The translations under genes were made by a program, and so were the position numbers. From assembly GCA_964016885.1 (NCBI GenBank), contig OZ024745.1, positions 29,016,001 to 29,080,000 of the forward strand: a DNA stretch of 64,000 bases, in the 5' to 3' direction. Under the pieces are notes generated by a model that was not told the origin of the DNA, did not search any database, and worked only from the letters and a program-made list of their open reading frames with translations. The DNA comes from Eledone cirrhosa. Taxonomy: Eukaryota. Below, in pieces: positions 57,108-64,000 of this stretch (position 1 is its first letter; the number at the start of each line of letters is the position of its first letter).

Positions 57108-60100
57108 TCATGGCTACTAGGGTAACCATAGGACACCCCAACTTATACACATGCACACACTGTCATATGACCACTCATGTGAGCTCTGTGTGTGTGTATA
57201 TATACACACACATATATGTATTGCTAGGAAGGGCAGTCAACTGGTCAGACCTCCTTCATCATGAGACCACCCAGTTCCACACTGTAAACATAGCTGGTTT
57301 GGTGTTAGTAAGGGCATCCAGCCGTACAAAAACGAGCTGGTCAAACTTATTTCATAATGGGGACAACCCGTCTAACCCATGCAAGTGAAGAAAAACAGAC
57401 AAATGGTGATGATGATGATACACACCCACCTAGATACTTAATACACATCTGTAGTATGTGTATATTTATAGACGTATATATGTGCGTATGTGTATACACA
57501 CACACACACATATGTATACACAACCCTTATCTAGTCCTCTGGATTTTGGTCTTTGTATTGATTATTATATATATGTCTGTATATAATGTATATATATGTA
57601 TATATATAATGTATATATACATACACACATGTATGTGTGTGTGGCTGTATGTACACACACACACACACACACTCACACACAGCTCACATGAGTGACCATA
57701 TGACAGTGACTGTGTTTTGTGATCTTGTTGAATGACATGTAGTAGAGCTAGTGTATGTATATGTGGGTGTGTAAATGTTGATAAATCCATAAGTAGAGGG
57801 GGAGTGGTAACTGATGTTAGTGGGGGGGGGGGGGGTTGTTCCTGTCTTAATGTAGGCCACTTTGAGACTAGGATAATAGTGATGGAGGTGGTGGTGGTTG
57901 TGTTAGTAATAGTAGTAGTGGTGGTCTTGGTTGTGGTTATGGCAGTAGTAATCATAGTTGTGGTGTTGGTTGTAGTATTGGATGTGATAGTAGTAGTGGC
58001 GGTGGTAGCAAGTATTGTAGTAGTAGTAGTAGTAATCCTAAGCCAGACACGGGTGGGGGGTGGGGTGATATTTGTGTGTTGTCTAGATATATAGATATAT
58101 ATATATATATGTATGTGTGTGTATAATAATCATTTAACATGGTGGCATAGCATTGGTTGAATTTGTGTGGTGTTTGTATTATGTTGAAGTGTGTGTACAT
58201 ATGCATATTTATATATATTCGTGCCTGTGTATATGTGTGTGTAAATTAATTTTCTCACATGGTAAACCTTTATTTCTTTTTCTAGTTATTCATTATTTGT
58301 TTTTGTTGTTATGTAATAAAATAGAAAATGGCAGTCAGTTATTACACACACACATAAAAGATATATATATATATATATACACACATACACACACCCTACC
58401 CAGGGTTACCTCTCACTCTATTATAATTACTACCCCTCTCCCTGACACACCAGTCATAGCCCTCTAGTAGCTGTTTTCATCTCAGTATCTCCCACACTCC
58501 TTGGTGTCTCTCCTTCATCGTAACCCTTTCCTCATAGTTGACAACACCTTGCCCTCATCTGTTGGGTAGAGGGTGCTCCACAGTTGTGTTAGGGGCACAA
58601 CAACCTCTCTAGCTTTGGTGAACTACAAGATAAACACACCCAGTACTCAATGTAAGGTGGTTAGTGATAGGAATGGTATCTAGTGTAGAAAGCTTGCCAA
58701 AGGGTTGGGAGGATTCTCTAGCTATGCCATGAATATGGCAACCTCCCTAGTGTTGGTGCCATAATAAAATGTATTCAGTAGAGCATGGGATTGTATGTTT
58801 GGCCTCCAGCCCACTTGGAGGTCAATAGCTTTACTTGAGTACTCACCAGTTTGTGACGTTATGTCCAACACTTGCTAGTAAGGAAAATGGATGTTAACTG
58901 ATGATTATATATATATCATCATCAGCATAACTACTTTATATCTGTTTTTCACATTGGCATGGGTTGGATGAGTTGTTCCGCTCTGAGATAATGCAGGTCA
59001 GGCAACCATGTCTTGTTTATACATTTTGTTTTGACATACTTTCTATGACTAATGCTCTTCCTAATGCCAACCACTTTACAGTGTGTACTGGGTACATTTT
59101 ATTATGGCATCATGTATGTGTGAAGTAGCAGTGGCAGTTCACACTAGTAGAAAATACCCCATGCACACTGTGAAATGGTTGGCATTAGAAAGGGCATGTA
59201 GCCATAGAAAGCCTGCCAGAGAGATAGAGCAAATAAGCAAGAAAAATTGACCTCAGTACTAGACTCGTATTTTATCAAACTTGAAAGGGCGAAAGGCAAA
59301 GTAAACCTTTCAAGGGATTTGAACTCATAATGCAAAGCGCTAGAATAAATACTACAAAACATTCTGACGCCCTAATGATTCTGTAATTTTATTGCTTGTT
59401 CATCACTATTTTATGTTCACTTTCCATGCTGACATGGGTTTGATGTGTTATGTTCTGTGTCTAGACAGGTTGAAAATCATGCCTTGCTCATATGTTTCAT
59501 ATTTTCACATGGTTTCTAATACTGGTTGTCCTTCTTAATGCTAAACACTTAGTGTTTTTCATGTTATGAGCATAGTATACTTGGTACATATTATCATAGC
59601 GCCAGTAGTACCACTTTATAAAGTGTAGGTGGGTGTATTTTAGCACAGCATGAGCACTTTACAAAGTGCATTGAGTACATTTTATCTTGGTATCAACACT
59701 ACCACTTTAAAAAGTTTAGTGGGTGTATTTTATCACAGAGCACCAGCATTAACATGGGATTGATAAAATAAAGTACCAGTAACACACTAGAGTAGATTTA
59801 ATCGACTTTCTCCACCCCTTCAAATTGCTGGCCTTGTGCCAAAAGTAGAAACAATTATTATTTCTTTGGTTGTTTACCAAGAACATGAGATCCAATATTT
59901 TTCTTTTTATTCAGTGTAAATATTTTCATTATACATATTTTAAAATGTTTTTCCTCATCATTGTTATTTTAATGTTTGCTTTCCCTGCTAGCGTGGGTTG
60001 GATGGGTCTGCATAGGACAAGTCAGCACTGAAGTGGAGCTACTGATCTTCCAGACAAGCCAGGGATCTGTGTCTCGCTTATTTACTATCTCACGTTCTAC

Positions 60101-63100
60101 TGAGTGAACAGAAGACATTGTGATGTCTTTTACACAACTGAGGAGCCTCTCAACCCTTTGTTTGGCATATATTGTGTTCATCATTTCTTCTTTTTCCCAC
60201 CTTTTGTTTAATTTGTTTTATCCTTTCGTGGTGGTCAATTTTGTCTTTTCTTCCACCTTATTTCTCTTAATCTGATTTTGTCATTTTAGCCGACATGCGC
60301 AAACGCACGCTCTCTTTCTCTCTCTGATTCCACTTTCAAGGTATTGGTCAATAGTAGAAAACACTTGCCCAAGGGTACACTCAGTGGGACTAAACCTGAA
60401 ACCACATGGCTGCAAAGCAATCTCCATAACCACCCAGACATACCTGCACATAATAGACTAAAGTCTGTTTTAATTAGTTTAATTAACAATGCCTGTGAAT
60501 TAACTATATCTTCAGACTATATCAGAATGTCTGTGATTTCATTTAGTCTTTGAAATAACTGCAAATGTCTCTCTACTGTTGACATTCAACTTCCATTATC
60601 TACTCCCTTACTACTCTACCACCCTCTCATACTCCCACCTGGTGGTGTGTTGTCTAATTATCAGGTCTTTGGTGGTGGTGAGGATGATGATAGTAGTGGA
60701 TATGTTGGTAGTGGTGCACTGGTTGTGCTTCTGATCATGGTGGTGGTGGTGGTGATGATGGTTGTTTTGGTGGTATTGTCATGGTGGTGGACTAGATATG
60801 TTGTTGTTTGTGCTATAAACAGTCCCATTACATTGACCAAACACCAACAACCAGTCAGTTGTAAATAGTTCTTCACTAATTGTTGTTGTTATACAGACTT
60901 CATTAACTAGGTGTGCTCTAATGGAAGACTATCTTCCCCTGTCTGTATGTAAGTATGTCTATAGAAATAAACACAAACACACACACATACCTATACTCTT
61001 TCTCTCACTCTCCCTCTGACACATTCTTTCACTAATTTTTCCTTCTCATAATCACACACACTTTAATTTACTTTCTCTCTTTCTCTCATACACTCTCCTA
61101 CATTCTTCCTTTTACACACACACACACGTGCACACACACTTCCATTTAATTTCTCACTTCCATATACACTCTGAATTTGTCATACACTCACTCATACACA
61201 GATGCACATAGATTCACACACATAGACACACAACTCCCATTCAATTTCTCTGCTTCATACATTCTCTCACATTCACATAAACAATGATGATGATGATGAT
61301 GAAACTCACATTTACACACACACACTCCTATTTACTTTCTGTCATAGACTCTCTCATTCTCATACACATTCACTCATATACTCTTACATTCACATGCATC
61401 CACACACTTTCACTCACTTATTCAATTGCTCTTTTATACTTACACTCTAATACATACATGCTCACCCATATGTGTCTGTGTGTGTATGTCGTAAGCGGTA
61501 GATTTGGGAGAGCATCAGATAAATGTGAAATTCAGTTAAATTACTAAATCTCTCCAAATTGTTGATTATTTACAAAATTATTTGAAAATTATAGGCTGTG
61601 TCTTTCATTGAAAGGACTATTCAGTCTGGATAAACTTGGGACAACTTCTCTAGTGTTGGTGTCACAATAATATGCACCCAGTCCACTTAGTAAAGTGGCT
61701 GTAGTGTTGCCACAATAATATGCACCCACTAAACTCTGTAAGTGCTTGTTAGCTTTGGTTAACAGTCTGTCTAGGAAAAAAGATCACAACTGTGGTAGAT
61801 GTGACTCCATAGTCACCTTAGTGATAACTTTTCTAGTGGTCAACAGCTTTGTCTTTGTGATGAAGGTGAATGAACTGCAGCTCGGTAACCAGTTTTTAGG
61901 TAATGGTTGGACAAGGATCCAGAACCCATCGACGTTACTTTTCTCAATAAATCATAAACATACAGTATCATATAGATTTGCAGTGGTGCAAATGTCCATG
62001 GTCCCCAACCCTCAACAATGAGGATGGGAAGAGACCAAATTTAGTACACTCTGTAATGGTTCAATGAAAAAAATGCATCCAGCACATTCTGTAAGGTGGT
62101 TGGCATTAGGAAGGGCATTCAGCCATAGAAAACTATGCCAAATATGGAATGCATGAGTAAGATGGTTGCCTGACCTATTTGATCACGGACCATGACGAAC
62201 CTGTCCAACCCATGCTAGCATGAAAGATGGGTGTAAAATAATGGTGATGAAAGGGTTAAAAGATACTTTCTCACGGAACCCTGATCTTTCCTCAGAAGCT
62301 AGTTTTAGGAGACATTGATGTGTAGCATACACCTGCTGCTTAAATTACTGTCCTTGTGACAATATTTACATCACCCACCTAAGATATCTTCCATCTCTCC
62401 ATTCTAATCTACAGCAGAAACCATCTTCACTTATGAAGGAGCATGGCCTAGTGGTGAGAGTGTTAGACTCATGATTGTAAGATCATGGATTCATTCATGG
62501 ACTGGATGGTGCATTGTGTTCTTGAGCAAGATGTTTCATTTCATATTGCTTTTCATGATAGGATTTGAGGCTCTATCATTGAAGCATCCAAGAATCCAAT
62601 GAAATTCAACTTTGTAGGAAGCCAGTTAAACTTACATGGGGTGAGCTGTAACAACAAATACACACACACACCTAACATAGTACTTGGGCCTCTATCATTA
62701 AAACACTCCCAAAAATCTGAGTTGCAACCTTGTAGGAGGCTAGCTAAACCTCACAGGTGTGAGGCAGATACTGTCAGCCTCTATGCACTGCAACCCCAGA
62801 TATTGTCAGCCAATCCTGGTACTGATGGGGTACACCATATATGTGAGGACCAGATATTAATTGATCCTACTTGATTGTACCAGTCGATGTTTTCAACTGC
62901 TCACCTTACTGTTACCCAGTACCAGGAGGGGCTCTGATGTGACTGTATCATGGAGTTCACCTCATGGGCAACAGGGTGTGTGGCCAAACAAACAGATGTA
63001 TGTTTTGAGCAGGAGTTGGTGGAGAAAATCAATCTGGCACACGATGAGTTTTGGAGTTTAGTACAAAATCCAATACACAGACATGGATATGGTAGACTGA

Positions 63101-64000
63101 CAACACAAATAAATAACTTCTGTTCCAGCCATGGCCACCACCACCATCATCATTTGTGACTCACAGGCCAGCTGAGTTAGTCTAACATCTACTATCATGT
63201 AACAACACTTTATCATCTTGATTCATTACACCGTAGACGGATAGTGGTAGTGGTGGTGGAGGAGGTGAATCTTTGTGGCTAAATATTGCTGGCATAGAAG
63301 AAATGTGCCTGCATCTGTCTATATATGTCTGTGTCTCAGTGTGTAGGTGTATCTGTAAGTGTGTGTAAGTTTATTTATGTATGTGTGTAGTGCAAGGCAT
63401 GCAGCAGTTGCTAGTAGCAGTGGAAGAAACATGCTGCATGTGGAATAGTAGCATTGATGGAATGGAAGGTCTGGGAGGGAAGTGGAAGTAAGTCTGGAAA
63501 GGAGGGATAAATATATATATACACAAATAGAGGTGAGGCACGTAGAAGTGGGTGAGGGGAGTGTAAGTAGGTCAGGGCGGTAGGGATATATATATATATA
63601 TATATATTAGAAAATGTTGGAATTCCAAACATAGAAACTGACTGTAGCAGTCGATTGCTATAAATATCTAAGAAAATGGGTTAGAGTATCCTTATGGAAA
63701 GAAAAAAGTGGTCAGCAGTCACTATGGAGAATTGAACTCAATATCTCTTGAATTCTGAACTAACTATTGATCTGTAGCCTCTGGCAGTACTGTATAGCTT
63801 GGATGTTAACAACCTTCTATACAAACAATTAAAGCACTGGGTAATTTGAAATTCTTTTAGACAATGTAGGAATCCCAAATGCAGAAAATAACTGTAAGGC
63901 TGTTTACATCAAAGAGGTTGGCGCTTGTCAATGGCCTAATTGGAGAATTGCAAACTTGTACGATCCCGAACAAATCCATCCACAACAAACTTCACCTAAT

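Overview
Eukaryotic, AT-rich, repeat-dominated genomic DNA. It resembles an octopus or other cephalopod mollusc genome; this is inferred from the huge (TA)n/(CATA)n tracts, the RTE/CR1/Tx1/CRE LINEs and the tRNA-derived Meta-type SINEs. Only one host coding exon is recognisable: a SAMD5/SASH1-family SAM-domain exon (10102-10677, minus strand). The only long intact ORF is a 5'-truncated CR1-clade LINE ORF2 (30902-33427, minus) nested inside an RTE remnant. The most striking unannotated signal is a set of minimal type I hammerhead ribozyme motifs of the Penelope-like-element/retrozyme kind. One ~300-bp family has three copies with compensatory changes in stem I (26452, 38591, 41300), and unrelated motifs occur at 35987, 41863 and 57055. 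Several of these motifs sit beside antisense partial copies of themselves, within a dense cluster of fold-back palindromes (35.6-42 kb). Two kb-scale near-identical inverted duplications are also present (11.4-13.3 kb / 21.2-23.3 kb and 47.1-48.1 kb / 49.9-50.8 kb); the first copies the probable promoter/5'UTR of the SAMD5-like gene. All alignments and RNA folds were done by eye, and repeat boundaries are approximate.
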